IMG/VR virus record: IMGVR_UViG_3300024517_000001
Span: 1-56,497 of that record
DNA: 56,497 nt
Origin: a virus
Taxonomy: Duplodnaviria; Caudoviricetes
Reading direction: 5' to 3' (one strand)
Shown one piece after another: positions 19,093-30,173 of the stretch. The translations under genes and the position numbers were made by a program. The number at the start of each line of letters is the position of its first letter. Positions within the stretch are counted from its first letter, which is position 1. The notes beneath the pieces were generated by a model that was given only the letters and a program-made list of their open reading frames with translations, did no database searches and was not told the origin of the DNA.

Positions 19093-21243
19093 ATGACCGC
19101 CAAGCTTGCAAAATTTGATTTCAATCAAGGGTTTAATAGGGAAACTACCCAGTATGCTGAAGAAGGAAACTGGTTTGATGGAAATCGTGTAAGGTTTCGT
19201 GCTGGTAGACCAGAGAATATAAGAGGATACCAGACAAAAGTTTCTGCTTCTTTTGATGGTTCTGCCAGAGATCTGATTGCATGGAAAGATAACAGCAATA
19301 AGAAGAGGTCTATCTTCGGTACGCCTGATAAGGTATATGAAAATAATGGAGATTCTATTACTGATATTACTCCTATTACTACGATTGTAACCCTGACTAA
19401 CTGTTTTGGTACAAGTGTAGGAACAACCAGAGTATGCTGTTCTGATGGGTCACATGGAAGACAAAAGAATGATTGGGTTTTATTTACTTCGGCTGCTACT
19501 TTTGGAAGTGATGTAAGTCTTACAGGAAATATATATCAGATTACTTCTATTGTAGATATAAATGTTTTTACAATATCTATTACGAGTAATGCAGCAGCTA
19601 CTTCTACTCAGGCAGGGTCAGCCAGCTTTAATTATTATATTGCTACAGGAACAAGTGTAGCTACACAAGGAGTAGGATATGGAGCTTCTGACTACAATGC
19701 GGCAGATCCTGTTTCAGTGGGTCTTAGCAAGATTACAGCTACTGGTGGTAATGCGCTTGTTACTGTTTCCTGTGCTTCTGCTCATGGTGGTGTGGCTAAT
19801 GATTTTGTAGTTTTTCAAAATACTTCCATAGATTCTGTGGCGGCTACCATAGGCGGTAATCTAAATCTAACCAAGTCAGCAGCAGGAGGTCCAGAGTTTA
19901 CTATTGTATCTGTTAATGGTACACAGGTTATTGTAAGTGCAGGAGCGAATGCCAGTTCCAGTGGAGATGTAACATCAGGGTTTAATATGACAGCCTTGAT
20001 CTATAAACAGACAGATGGAGGAGGATCAGGAAGAGCTTGGGATATTGAAGCTTCAGCAGATGCTACTGATCTGGCTTTGGATATAGCGCAATGGAGTATG
20101 GATAACTGGGGAGAAGATGTCTTATTAAATCGTAGGGGAAGTAATATATTTTATTTTGAGACTGCTCTTTCCACTACGCCCATGAGAGCAACGACTGTAA
20201 CGACATCTCCTATTAGTGTAAACTCTGTGATTGTCTCTCCAAACGACAGACATGTTGTTGCATTGGGAGCTAATGAATTTAGTCCTACTGCTACTGTAAG
20301 CGGAACATTTAATCCTATGCTGGTCAGATGGTCTGATCAGGATAATAGAACTAATTGGGTTCCTTCAGTAAGTTCTACGGCAGGTGAGGTTGTCCTGACA
20401 GACGGTACTCGTATTGTAGGAGCAGTCAGGTCAAAGAATGCTATTAATGTATGGACAGACAACTCTCTATGGCTGATGGAATTTGCTGGTCCTCCTTTTA
20501 CCTTTAAGTTTCAACAGGCAGGAACGAACTGTGGAATGATAGGACCACATGCAGGGATTGACTATAATGGTGTGACTTACTGGATGGGATTTGATAACTT
20601 CTATGCCAATACAGGACAGGTAGAAGTACTGGATTGCACAGTCAGAAGGTTTGTCTTTGATAGATTGAATACAACCTATTATGATAAAGTATATACAGGA
20701 ATTAATTCGGAGTTTAAGGAAATTATATGGCTTTATGTTTCCAGTACTGCAACAGAATGTGATAGTTATGTAATCTTTTCTCCTGAAGAAAACTACTGGG
20801 TATATGGAGATACATTCTTTACAACTTTCAAAGATAGAGAAGTCTTTGGAAATACAATAACTACTGGAGCTACTACTACAGGAAACTTCTTATTTGATAA
20901 TGAACCAGCAGGAGTGTTTGATGGGGATGGGGCAACACTAACTTCTTTTGTAGAGTCTGCTGACTTTGATGTAGATGATGGTAATGCCATTATGTATATG
21001 AGTAGAATTATACCTGACTTTGATTTAAGTACAGGTAAGATCAAGCTACATCTGACAAGTAAACAGTTTCCTGAAAGTACTGAGTCTGTAACAAAAGAGT
21101 TTGATATAACCAATACAACCAATAAAGTAGATTTTAGAGCTAGAGGAAGGCAAGCGAAGATTAGGGTATCTTGTGATTCTAACAATGCCAGTTGGAGATG
21201 GGGATCTGTAAGGCTGGCATTACAAGGAGACGGTGGAAGATAA
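19093..21243 (+). CDS. tail nozzle/tubular protein (P22 gp10-like DNA stabilisation protein)
   Basis: 716 aa, beta-propeller-like, LVRWSDQD, YWMG; position before ejection proteins. Confidence 0.65.
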   Translation: MTAKLAKFDFNQGFNRETTQYAEEGNWFDGNRVRFRAGRPENIRGYQTKVSASFDGSARDLIAWKDNSNKKRSIFGTPDKVYENNGDSITDITPITTIVTLTNCFGTSVGTTRVCCSDGSHGRQKNDWVLFTSAATFGSDVSLTGNIYQITSIVDINVFTISITSNAAATSTQAGSASFNYYIATGTSVATQGVGYGASDYNAADPVSVGLSKITATGGNALVTVSCASAHGGVANDFVVFQNTSIDSVAATIGGNLNLTKSAAGGPEFTIVSVNGTQVIVSAGANASSSGDVTSGFNMTALIYKQTDGGGSGRAWDIEASADATDLALDIAQWSMDNWGEDVLLNRRGSNIFYFETALSTTPMRATTVTTSPISVNSVIVSPNDRHVVALGANEFSPTATVSGTFNPMLVRWSDQDNRTNWVPSVSSTAGEVVLTDGTRIVGAVRSKNAINVWTDNSLWLMEFAGPPFTFKFQQAGTNCGMIGPHAGIDYNGVTYWMGFDNFYANTGQVEVLDCTVRRFVFDRLNTTYYDKVYTGINSEFKEIIWLYVSSTATECDSYVIFSPEENYWVYGDTFFTTFKDREVFGNTITTGATTTGNFLFDNEPAGVFDGDGATLTSFVESADFDVDDGNAIMYMSRIIPDFDLSTGKIKLHLTSKQFPESTESVTKEFDITNTTNKVDFRARGRQAKIRVSCDSNNASWRWGSVRLALQGDGGR

Positions 21244-21518
21244 TGGCAAGATATCCTGCTCTTCCAAAAAGATTAAATGATCAAGAACTCCTGTCAATGT
21301 ACAAACAAATACAAAGATGGGGATCAGTATTAATTAATGAACTGGATAGTAGGGATTTGGATGAACAAAATAGACCATCTACAAATATACTGAGCATAGT
21401 TACAATTACCAGTATAGGTAGACCTAAGAAGGGAGATATAACTTACTCAGCGAGTAGTGGAAAGTTTAGAGGGTATGTAAGTCTTGGAGCAGAAACATCT
21501 TGGCAGGATTTAAATTAA
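21243..21518 (+). CDS. hypothetical protein
   Basis: TAATG-coupled ORF. Confidence 0.6.
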   Translation: MARYPALPKRLNDQELLSMYKQIQRWGSVLINELDSRDLDEQNRPSTNILSIVTITSIGRPKKGDITYSASSGKFRGYVSLGAETSWQDLN

Positions 21519-21751
21519 TGAAAACAACAGCAGAACATATGAAATTTATCCATAATCCTAGTAATACTTATATACGTAATTTATATGGAGGAAGTATATT
21601 AGATAAGAGTAGGTACTCCATGCAGCAGAAGGTACAAGATCAGTTTAAAAAAATTAAGTCTGATTATAATAATATTAATAATTTTAAGGATGATAGTAGT
21701 AACTTTGCAAGTAATCAGTTACAACAGGTAGGATATAAATATGGCTCTTGA
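21518..21751 (+). CDS. hypothetical protein
   Basis: TAATG-coupled ORF. Confidence 0.5.
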   Translation: MKTTAEHMKFIHNPSNTYIRNLYGGSILDKSRYSMQQKVQDQFKKIKSDYNNINNFKDDSSNFASNQLQQVGYKYGS

Positions 21752-22403
21752 GAGAATGGGAAGAACAGGACAAGCAATGGCTTTTCAACAGGAAGCTAAA
21801 TCTAATCCTATGGGTGCTTTAGAAATGGCTAGAGGTCCACAAGGACTTCAGGCTGCTCCTCCTCAAGGTGCTACAGGAGGGATGGGAGGACAAGCTCCTA
21901 TACCTCAGTTTGTTCCTGATGAAGTTATGTCTATGGATGTTAAACAAAATTTAAATGAAATGCTGACAGCTACATTACCTGATGGAGATTCAATAGCAGC
22001 TAAAGCTTTAGAAAAAATGATTAAGAATAATAAATTACTTACAGGAATGCTTGAAGAAACAAGAGATATTACACAAGCTGCTTCTGGTGGTGGTCTTATG
22101 CAGTTAGCAGCAGGTGGTGAGTTTACAGGAAGAGTACCGGGAGATGGACATGGCATGGAAGATAATGTTCGTATGCCAATTAAAGAAGGGGAAGAACAAG
22201 TAGCTACATTGGCAGTAAGTCCTACTGAATATGTAGTTGATAGTTATACAATGGCAGCACTGGGTAATGGGAATCCAGATGAAGGAGCAGATGTAATGGA
22301 TAAGGTTGTAGAAAATGTTAGAGAAAAGGCATATGGTACAAACCAACAGCCTAATGAAATTAATGGCCTTGCTGCTCTAAGGCCAATGATAGAAAGGGTG
22401 TAA
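21741..22403 (+). CDS. internal virion protein (putative)
   Basis: GDGHGMED...EYVV...ALGNGNPDEGA segment; xxGG motifs. Confidence 0.6.
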   Translation: MALERMGRTGQAMAFQQEAKSNPMGALEMARGPQGLQAAPPQGATGGMGGQAPIPQFVPDEVMSMDVKQNLNEMLTATLPDGDSIAAKALEKMIKNNKLLTGMLEETRDITQAASGGGLMQLAAGGEFTGRVPGDGHGMEDNVRMPIKEGEEQVATLAVSPTEYVVDSYTMAALGNGNPDEGADVMDKVVENVREKAYGTNQQPNEINGLAALRPMIERV

Positions 22404-22406
22404 GCA

Positions 22407-25400
22407 ATGGGTTTTTTATCTTCATTATTTGGTATTAAGGGAAGTCAACCAAAGACTAGTACAGTTGTACAATCTCAAAAACTTCCAGAAGAAATATCTC
22501 CTTTTGTAAAAGAGATACTAGGAGAAGCACAAGATTTATATAAAGCAGAAATAGAGAGAGGTTATGATCCTTATACAGGAGAAACCATAGCTCCTTTAAC
22601 TGCTGAAGAAGAAGCTGCAATGGCAGGAATTGCTGGTCTGGCAGGTACAACAACTCCCTTTTTAGAAGAAGCTGTAGAAACATATCGTACTGGTGCAGAG
22701 AAGTTTACACCCGAAGCTGCCGAAGAGTATATGTCTCCTTACCAGAGGGCTGTTACCGACATTGAAAAGAGGGAAGCAGAAAGAACTTTTGAACGTGATA
22801 CCATGCCAAGGTTTGAAGCTAGTGGTGTAGAGGCTGGTGGTCTTAGCGGATTAGGTACAAGAGCAGGAGTACAGGCAGCAGAACTCCAAAGAAATCAAAA
22901 TATACTTCTTGCTGATATAGAAGCAAAAGGACAACAGCAAGCATTTCAGGATGCTCGTATGGGATTTGAGGCTCAGAAAGCCAGAGAAAGACAGATGGCT
23001 GGAGATGTAGGAAAAATTGGACCTGCTTTATTTCAAGCTGGACTAGCAGAACAAGGAGCATTACAAACTGTAGGAGAACAGAAGAGAGGTCTAGGTCAGT
23101 CAGCACTTGATGAAGCTTACTATAGATTCCTTGAAGAAAAACAATTCCCAAAACAAACATTATCTGATTACTCAGGAATGGTTTATGCTAATCCTATGGC
23201 TGGTTTAACAACTCAAACAGATACTACAACAGGAACTCCTTTTGTTCCTAGTACAGGTCAGCAAATAATGGGAATGGGATTAGCTGGTCTGAATGTATTT
23301 GGAATGGGTGGTGGATTTAGTCCGGGTGGTTTTGATGCTTCTAAAATCTGGTCTAATAAAGCAGAAGGTGGACCTGTAATAGGTAGAGCAAGAGGAGGGC
23401 AGACTGGAATTTGGAATGATGCTTATGCTGAATATAAAGAAACTCCATCAGGACTGCAACTAATGATGAAAGGATCTGATGGAAGATATTATACACAAGG
23501 AGGAGAAGATCAAAGAGGTTTATATTATCCTGAAGAGGTACGTGAAGAGATTGAAGTTGAAAGTAGTGATGAAATTACAGATGGTGCGCCTCCACCAACA
23601 CAACCATCTCCCTTACAACAAGAACTACCTCCACCAGCATCTCCTTTACCTCTTTCACAACCTATGACACGAGGACTTCCTTGGGGAACTGGAGATCAGA
23701 GTGTGACAAGACTAGGAGATGTAGACAGACAAGAATATGATAGACGACAACGAGATCAAGAATTTAATAGAGCGTTAAGAGAGATAGCTACTTGGAGAAA
23801 GCAAGATGACGGTCCTCCTGCTAGTCCTGCTTATCCTCCAACATATAGTGATTTAAGTCCGGGTGCTTTAGGAGGAAAATTACCACCTCCAAATCCTATT
23901 CAGACAATACTAACTCCAGAACAACAGGCAGCACAACAACAGAAAGATAGGGATCATTATTGGAATACAATACAAGCACAGGAAAAACTAAGAGGATCTG
24001 ATGATAAACCAGATGCTCCCGGATGGGGTGGATTAACTGGTGCGGATGTTGGATTTGGAGGAGCTTTCTTTAAACATGGAGGAGGTCTAAGTCAGTTAGC
24101 TAATGGTGGTCCTGTAATATACAGGCAACAGGGTCAAGGAGTAAGACCAAAATATGGACGAAGAACATTCTTAGGTAGAGGAAGACCTACTAGAGCAGGT
24201 TCCTTTTCTGCTATGCATCCTTCTTTAATGCAAACACAAGCAGGAGCTATACAACAAGCTACACAAGGTAGTACTATACCTGTAAGTCAATTAACTAATG
24301 TATTAGCTAGGCGGCAACAACGTCCTACAATTGGTAAGGCAACTCCTAGTGAATCAGGATTTGGTCTAACAGGAGGTGTAGTACAAGGAGGTGGTCAGCC
24401 GGGACAATTTGCTGGTGTTTCTACTCTAACTCAACCTAGAGGTCAAAGTCCCGGTAGAAGGATTGCTCAACATGGACAACAGGGAGCATTTACTACTGCT
24501 GGTAGTGCAGTTAATGCAGCTACTGTTCCCGGTGGTGGTATAGATACTACAGATATAGTTAATCGAACAATACAAAGTTTAGGGAAAGATTTTCTTTCAG
24601 GTCGTGGAAAAAATTTCTCTGAAACAGTTACTGAAGCTAGGACAAGGATAGGTGGAGAAGAAGGCTTTAGTAAAACAAAGATGACCGAATCTTTTACAGA
24701 TTACCAAACTAAACTAAAAACTTTACAGAAAAGAATGAATGCAAAAAATAAAGCTAAACGAGCAGAGTTTAATGAGGCTGATAAAAAAGCTTCTGAAGAG
24801 TTTTTTGCAGCACAAGAAAAAGCTATTAAGTCTGGTAATAATGCAGACATTATTGCAGGAGCTATGGATGAAGCCAACCAAAGGCAAATAAAACAAGGTG
24901 GAGGAACAATAGCTCAATGGTTAACTGACATAATGAATGTTGGTGTAAAGGGAATAGGAACCAGACGTAAGGAACAAGGGAAAGAATTAAGAGAACTTGC
25001 CAAAGCAAAATATAAGGAAGCTAGAACTGATCGTAAGACAAACAGAAGTGAAGAGCTTGCAGAGATTAATAAAGAATCCTTACAAGAAGCTAAACTTCTG
25101 GTCGATAAGTATGGCTTCACTAAAGAACTTGCCAATATGGATAGAGCTACCAAAACAGCAGCCTTAGCTGAGATAGCAGCTATGACAGCATTTGAACGTG
25201 GTGAATTAACAAAAGTAGAAATGATGGCTAAATTATTGGATGTTCAAAATAAAGGTAAAACAGGAGGAGGTAAACCTGTTAACTTTACTGATAAAATGAA
25301 AGAAATTAGACGTGGAGTTGCAGATATGTTTAATTGGACACTTGGTGATGATGATGAAGTTAGAGATGGAAATGGTAATGTTATATTGAAGAGTGATCCA

Positions 25401-25676
25401 TCATTACAACAATATATTGACGAAGTAAACAAACGACAAAGATTATTTTTAGAGACAGCAATTGCAGGTGGTATGACTCAAACAAGTCAGGCTATAGCTG
25501 TACATAAAGTAATACCACCAGCAGGTGCTACTACACAAGCAAGTAGTGCTACACCTCCTCCTAGACCACAAGGAGTTCCTTCTAATACTCAGCAAAGAAA
25601 GCAAGGTAATCAATATATTTGGGTAGATGTAACTTCTGGAAAAGCTTGGGATTCATCTGGAAATCAATTACCATAA
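22407..25676 (+). CDS. DNA ejection/pilot protein (putative)
   Basis: 1089 aa, G/A/Q-rich helical N-terminus (MGFLSSLFG, YMSPYQRAV), low-complexity middle. Confidence 0.65.
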   Translation: MGFLSSLFGIKGSQPKTSTVVQSQKLPEEISPFVKEILGEAQDLYKAEIERGYDPYTGETIAPLTAEEEAAMAGIAGLAGTTTPFLEEAVETYRTGAEKFTPEAAEEYMSPYQRAVTDIEKREAERTFERDTMPRFEASGVEAGGLSGLGTRAGVQAAELQRNQNILLADIEAKGQQQAFQDARMGFEAQKARERQMAGDVGKIGPALFQAGLAEQGALQTVGEQKRGLGQSALDEAYYRFLEEKQFPKQTLSDYSGMVYANPMAGLTTQTDTTTGTPFVPSTGQQIMGMGLAGLNVFGMGGGFSPGGFDASKIWSNKAEGGPVIGRARGGQTGIWNDAYAEYKETPSGLQLMMKGSDGRYYTQGGEDQRGLYYPEEVREEIEVESSDEITDGAPPPTQPSPLQQELPPPASPLPLSQPMTRGLPWGTGDQSVTRLGDVDRQEYDRRQRDQEFNRALREIATWRKQDDGPPASPAYPPTYSDLSPGALGGKLPPPNPIQTILTPEQQAAQQQKDRDHYWNTIQAQEKLRGSDDKPDAPGWGGLTGADVGFGGAFFKHGGGLSQLANGGPVIYRQQGQGVRPKYGRRTFLGRGRPTRAGSFSAMHPSLMQTQAGAIQQATQGSTIPVSQLTNVLARRQQRPTIGKATPSESGFGLTGGVVQGGGQPGQFAGVSTLTQPRGQSPGRRIAQHGQQGAFTTAGSAVNAATVPGGGIDTTDIVNRTIQSLGKDFLSGRGKNFSETVTEARTRIGGEEGFSKTKMTESFTDYQTKLKTLQKRMNAKNKAKRAEFNEADKKASEEFFAAQEKAIKSGNNADIIAGAMDEANQRQIKQGGGTIAQWLTDIMNVGVKGIGTRRKEQGKELRELAKAKYKEARTDRKTNRSEELAEINKESLQEAKLLVDKYGFTKELANMDRATKTAALAEIAAMTAFERGELTKVEMMAKLLDVQNKGKTGGGKPVNFTDKMKEIRRGVADMFNWTLGDDDEVRDGNGNVILKSDPSLQQYIDEVNKRQRLFLETAIAGGMTQTSQAIAVHKVIPPAGATTQASSATPPPRPQGVPSNTQQRKQGNQYIWVDVTSGKAWDSSGNQLP

Positions 25677-25685
25677 GGTAGAATA

Positions 25686-28600
25686 ATGCCTCCACAAATA
25701 GATTATACAAAATGGGGTGAAGCTGTAGAGCAACAACAAACTAAACCTATTGATTATACTCAATGGGGTGAAGCTGTTGATACACAAAAACAAACCCAAC
25801 CTCAACCTCAACAACAAACTAAACCTATTGATTATACTCAATGGGGTGAAGCTGTTACCACAACAGAGGTTGAACCTGTAGAAACTCCAGACGAAATGGA
25901 TGAAGATGTACTCGACACTAACAAACAGTGGCTGAGTAATGCTGCCATAATCTATCAAGCTGAAGAAGGAGAGAAGTGGAAAGGTTCTCAGAAAGCTCTC
26001 TCTGATTGGATGAAGGATAGACATTCAAAACTCAATTGGGATATTACCAATATGGGTATGACAGCCTATAATATGGATCAGCTAACTGAGGAACAGAAGA
26101 AAGCTTGGCTGGAATCCACAACTCAATACTCAGATACAGCTACAGATTGGTCACAATTTGGAAGAGGTCTATATCATACCTTAACAGATCCTGTTACTCT
26201 ACTTAGTATAGCTACTGGTATTGGTGCGCCTCTCTTATTTGGTGGTAAGGTAGCTGCTGGAGCAGGACTTAACTTTCTAGGTAAAACTCTTTATAAAAAT
26301 AATCTGAAAGATGCCCTTATAAAGAAAGGAGTTAGTGCAAAGCTGGCTGAACAGGCATCCAAGAAAGGATCAACAAAGGGAATAAAGAAAGCTGTTCTAG
26401 GAAAAGCCAGAAAGGAAGCTGCTAAAACAACTGCTAAATACTCAGGACTATATGGAGCAGTAGAAGGTGCTGCTTATATGACAGCAGAAGATATAGGTCA
26501 ACAAGCTTTAGATCTTGGTCTGGATGTAGACAGAATGAAATTTGTTGAAGCTGTTAATGAAGGAGCAAGTTACGAACAGGCTATGGAGATAGCCAATAAG
26601 ACTGATTTTGATTATGGTCAGATGGCAACAATGGCTGGAGCAGGTGCTTTATTTGGGGGAGTTATGGGAGGAGGGCTTACCAGACTCGCTGAAAAGATAG
26701 GGAGAAAGTCAGCCTTACAGAAGGCAGGATGGGAAGGACCAGAAGGAGAGGTCCAGAAGGTAAGTGAGGCTTCCATACTTATAGGATCAAAAGATACTCC
26801 TAATAATATTATAACTAAAGTAAACGAAGTAAAAGATAAGTTAGAAGTAGATGGTACAGTAACTGTAGATGTATCTAAATCCAGAAAAGATTTGGCTGAT
26901 GAATTAAGGGAAATGAAAAAGACAGATGAATGGAAGGATATGACTCCCAAACAAAGGAGGGAGTGGAGAACTAATGCTCGTAAAGGACATGTAGAAAGGG
27001 AAGTAACTGTACAAGATACATTTGAAAATGAAGGTATTGTACTAGAACCTGTAAAAGGACAAAGAGGAAAGTATGTAGGAAGAAAGATTACAGAGGAAGT
27101 AACAGAGGAAGGAAGCGGAATAGGAGATCAAAGAAAAGTTGGAGAAAGAATTGTAGCTAAATTTAAAGGAGAATTTTTTGATGATGGGGGTACTAATAAT
27201 GCTGTAAAATTAGCTAGAACCAGAAAGGATTCTGCCTTTAGAGCCATTGAAAGAAATGTAGAAGGATTATTAAAAAAGTATTCTAAAGCTATTCAAAAGA
27301 ATTATGAACTTCCTTTAAGAAAAATTCCTAAAGAATTAAATAAGGTATTAGATGATGCCTTCAGAGGAGATGCAACACAACTTGCCAAGCTTGAAAGTGA
27401 AGCTCCAGAAACTGCTACTGTAATAAAAGAAATGAGGGAACAAATTAAATTTCTTCAAAGGCAATTGGTTGAGGAAGATCCTACAACTGGAAAAAAATTA
27501 GGAATTATAAAAGAAGGAAAAGCAGGTGAAGAACTTGAAGCCAAGATTGTAGCTTCCATGACTGATACAGGTAAACCTACTCTCTATGTTACTCGTAAGT
27601 ATCAGATGCATGATAATCCTAAGTGGACAAAGTTTTTAAATAAAACAGATGAAGGTGCTAAAATAAGAGAGAGAGCCAGAAATTTTATTAAATTACAGGC
27701 TGCTTCTCGTCACCCGGCACTTGGGGCTGTCCTAAAGAAAAATGCTTCACAAAGAACAGTAGAAGATAAGCAGATCCTTGAATCCTATATGGGTACAGAT
27801 GGTTATGTAGATAATGTAATTACTGATATTCTTAAAATGAATGATGAATCAGATTTAATTACTGTATTTTCTAAAGAATACAATAAGAAAAATAGTTTAT
27901 ATGATAATGCTTCTGATATTTTAAAGAGAAGGCAAGATATTCCAAAAGAGATACGTGAGTTGATGGGAGAATATGATAATCCTGTTTCAAATTATGCCAA
28001 TACAGCAATGAAAGTGTTTCAGACTATTGAAGACTTTAAGTATGAAAAACAAATTGCAGATGCTATTAAACTGGGAGACATAGCAGGAACAGCTACTCGT
28101 AAACTTCCTTCAGAAGGAATAACAGTTCCATTAAGATCGAGCCTTCCACCCACAAAAGGAGTAGTACAACCTTTAGAGGAAGCAGCAGGTATAGTGAAAC
28201 CTCTGGCAGGAATAAAGGAGGGCGATCAAATGTATGGTACAAAAGAAGTCGCTGCCTTTATTGCCAATGGAAACGAAATGGCAATATCTTTTCCTAAATC
28301 TATACAGACATACCTGATGTTGCAAGGACATTCCAGAGCAGCTAAAACAATCTGGAGTGTAACATCTACAGCCAGAAACTTCCTTAGTGGTGGATGGATG
28401 GCTCTTGGAGCAGGATACCTGAACCCTAAACATCTGAAAGAAATTCCCAGAGTCTTCAGAGGAATGTATCTTAAATCTAATGAAGCTCTTAACATTGATA
28501 TGGAAAGAGGACTAGCTCTGGGTATTATACAGAGTGGTACAGATATAGGATCATTCAGGGGAGCTATGAAGGATGCTGGACAAGAATCTTTTTGGGATCT

Positions 28601-30173
28601 TACCTCTCCTCTTTATAAAGGAGAAAGAAGTCTAATAGATAGAGCTAAGAGTGCTAATACTACTGCTGCTAAATTCTATCAGTCAATGGATGATATGTGG
28701 AAACAGTATGCCTTTATGAATGAGAAGGGAAACTACAGACAGATCCTTATAGATCAAGGTGTTAATCCAGAAGAAGTTACCAGAACTCTTAGATCAACAG
28801 ATGGTCTTCCAATTGAAATAACTAAACTAGATGAAGCTGCTGCTGAAGCTGTAAATAAACATATGCAGAATTATGCAGGTGTGCCTAAGTTTATCAGGCG
28901 TATGAGGCTTGCTCCTTTTGCTGACTTCCTTGCTTTTAAATCAGAGATGCTCAGAACACAGAAGAATATAATTAAGTCTGCCTTCAATGATATTAAAGAT
29001 GGAAGTATCCAGATAAAGAAGGGAGAAAGAAATGCAGATGGTTCTCTGAAAGGAGTAGCCCAAAGAAATCTGGGACTTAAGAGAGCAGGATCTTTCCTTG
29101 CTGCTCAAAGTGCTGCTCCTGCACTAGCCACTACTTCGGCTCAATTGTGGGGAATGAATGAAACTTTGGAAGGACAGGATACTACAATAAAAGCTGGAAC
29201 AGAAGCCTTTGAACAGGAGTATAATAAGGGAGCTAACTTCTTCTATATGGGGAAACCAGATGAGAAAGGAAAAGGAAGAAGAATAAATATTAGTTATATT
29301 AATCCTTGGTCACCTATGCAAGATCCTATTATGGCAGGATTTAGAGCTTTAAATCGTGGAGAATATGTAGATGGTGTAGTAGAAGAAGCAGCTTATAGGG
29401 CTGTTGTCGAACCTTTACGAGATGCCTTTGGTCCTTCAATGGTAATGTCTGCTATCTCTCAATTTATGAATAATGTAGACGACTATGGAAACCCCATCTT
29501 TGATGACGTTACACAAACTACTGGTCAAAATATAGCGAATGGAATGTCTACTTTCATGCAAGCTTTTGAACCGGGAGGAGTAAAAAGTATTAGGGATATC
29601 TACCAAACCTACAACCTAATGGATCAAGATAAAAAGTTTGGTGTTGCTAAGAAAGGAAGAGAACGATATCGAGATGATGCTTGGATAGCTTTGTCAGGTG
29701 TTAAACCAGAACGATATGATATTAGTCAGGCTCTATCTTTTAAATTGTATGGATTAAAAAGAGATATGGGAGCTACAGATAAAATATTTAAGAATGCTTA
29801 CCAACAAAGAAGTCCTATCTCTGTAGATGAATTGGTAGATGCCTATAGTCAGGGAATGGAAAAACAGTTTGCCTTAGCTACCGAAATGTTTGACTATATT
29901 TCCAAAGCCAAGAGTGCAGGTCTGAGTAATAAGCAAATCATTAATGCAGTAACAGAGAATGGTTTATTCGGGAGTAGGCTGGATAATAAAGTACTTCATA
30001 ATATGGTTAAGAAGGGTGTCTTTGTTCCTCAACAGCCTTTAAAGAAAGATGTTTATTTATGGGGAATATCTACCCAAAAAAGAACAGGACAGAAACCTCC
30101 TATCAGGGAAGCCCAGAGAGAACTCATGAATGTCTATCGTTCCTATGTGGGCAGTAGAACTGGTGTGCGGTAA
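25686..30173 (+). CDS. large internal virion/ejection protein
   Basis: 1495 aa, last gene of the structural block; N-terminal IDYT(K/Q)WGEAV x3. Confidence 0.7.
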   Translation: MPPQIDYTKWGEAVEQQQTKPIDYTQWGEAVDTQKQTQPQPQQQTKPIDYTQWGEAVTTTEVEPVETPDEMDEDVLDTNKQWLSNAAIIYQAEEGEKWKGSQKALSDWMKDRHSKLNWDITNMGMTAYNMDQLTEEQKKAWLESTTQYSDTATDWSQFGRGLYHTLTDPVTLLSIATGIGAPLLFGGKVAAGAGLNFLGKTLYKNNLKDALIKKGVSAKLAEQASKKGSTKGIKKAVLGKARKEAAKTTAKYSGLYGAVEGAAYMTAEDIGQQALDLGLDVDRMKFVEAVNEGASYEQAMEIANKTDFDYGQMATMAGAGALFGGVMGGGLTRLAEKIGRKSALQKAGWEGPEGEVQKVSEASILIGSKDTPNNIITKVNEVKDKLEVDGTVTVDVSKSRKDLADELREMKKTDEWKDMTPKQRREWRTNARKGHVEREVTVQDTFENEGIVLEPVKGQRGKYVGRKITEEVTEEGSGIGDQRKVGERIVAKFKGEFFDDGGTNNAVKLARTRKDSAFRAIERNVEGLLKKYSKAIQKNYELPLRKIPKELNKVLDDAFRGDATQLAKLESEAPETATVIKEMREQIKFLQRQLVEEDPTTGKKLGIIKEGKAGEELEAKIVASMTDTGKPTLYVTRKYQMHDNPKWTKFLNKTDEGAKIRERARNFIKLQAASRHPALGAVLKKNASQRTVEDKQILESYMGTDGYVDNVITDILKMNDESDLITVFSKEYNKKNSLYDNASDILKRRQDIPKEIRELMGEYDNPVSNYANTAMKVFQTIEDFKYEKQIADAIKLGDIAGTATRKLPSEGITVPLRSSLPPTKGVVQPLEEAAGIVKPLAGIKEGDQMYGTKEVAAFIANGNEMAISFPKSIQTYLMLQGHSRAAKTIWSVTSTARNFLSGGWMALGAGYLNPKHLKEIPRVFRGMYLKSNEALNIDMERGLALGIIQSGTDIGSFRGAMKDAGQESFWDLTSPLYKGERSLIDRAKSANTTAAKFYQSMDDMWKQYAFMNEKGNYRQILIDQGVNPEEVTRTLRSTDGLPIEITKLDEAAAEAVNKHMQNYAGVPKFIRRMRLAPFADFLAFKSEMLRTQKNIIKSAFNDIKDGSIQIKKGERNADGSLKGVAQRNLGLKRAGSFLAAQSAAPALATTSAQLWGMNETLEGQDTTIKAGTEAFEQEYNKGANFFYMGKPDEKGKGRRINISYINPWSPMQDPIMAGFRALNRGEYVDGVVEEAAYRAVVEPLRDAFGPSMVMSAISQFMNNVDDYGNPIFDDVTQTTGQNIANGMSTFMQAFEPGGVKSIRDIYQTYNLMDQDKKFGVAKKGRERYRDDAWIALSGVKPERYDISQALSFKLYGLKRDMGATDKIFKNAYQQRSPISVDELVDAYSQGMEKQFALATEMFDYISKAKSAGLSNKQIINAVTENGLFGSRLDNKVLHNMVKKGVFVPQQPLKKDVYLWGISTQKRTGQKPPIREAQRELMNVYRSYVGSRTGVR
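25731..25856 (+). repeat. 48-bp coding direct repeat (25731-25778 = 25809-25856)
   Basis: direct reading; a third partial copy lies just upstream. Confidence 0.9.

Noticed and set aside
25686-30173. Virion RNA polymerase
   Set aside because: No DxDGD or T7/N4-type motifs A, B, C recognisable by eye
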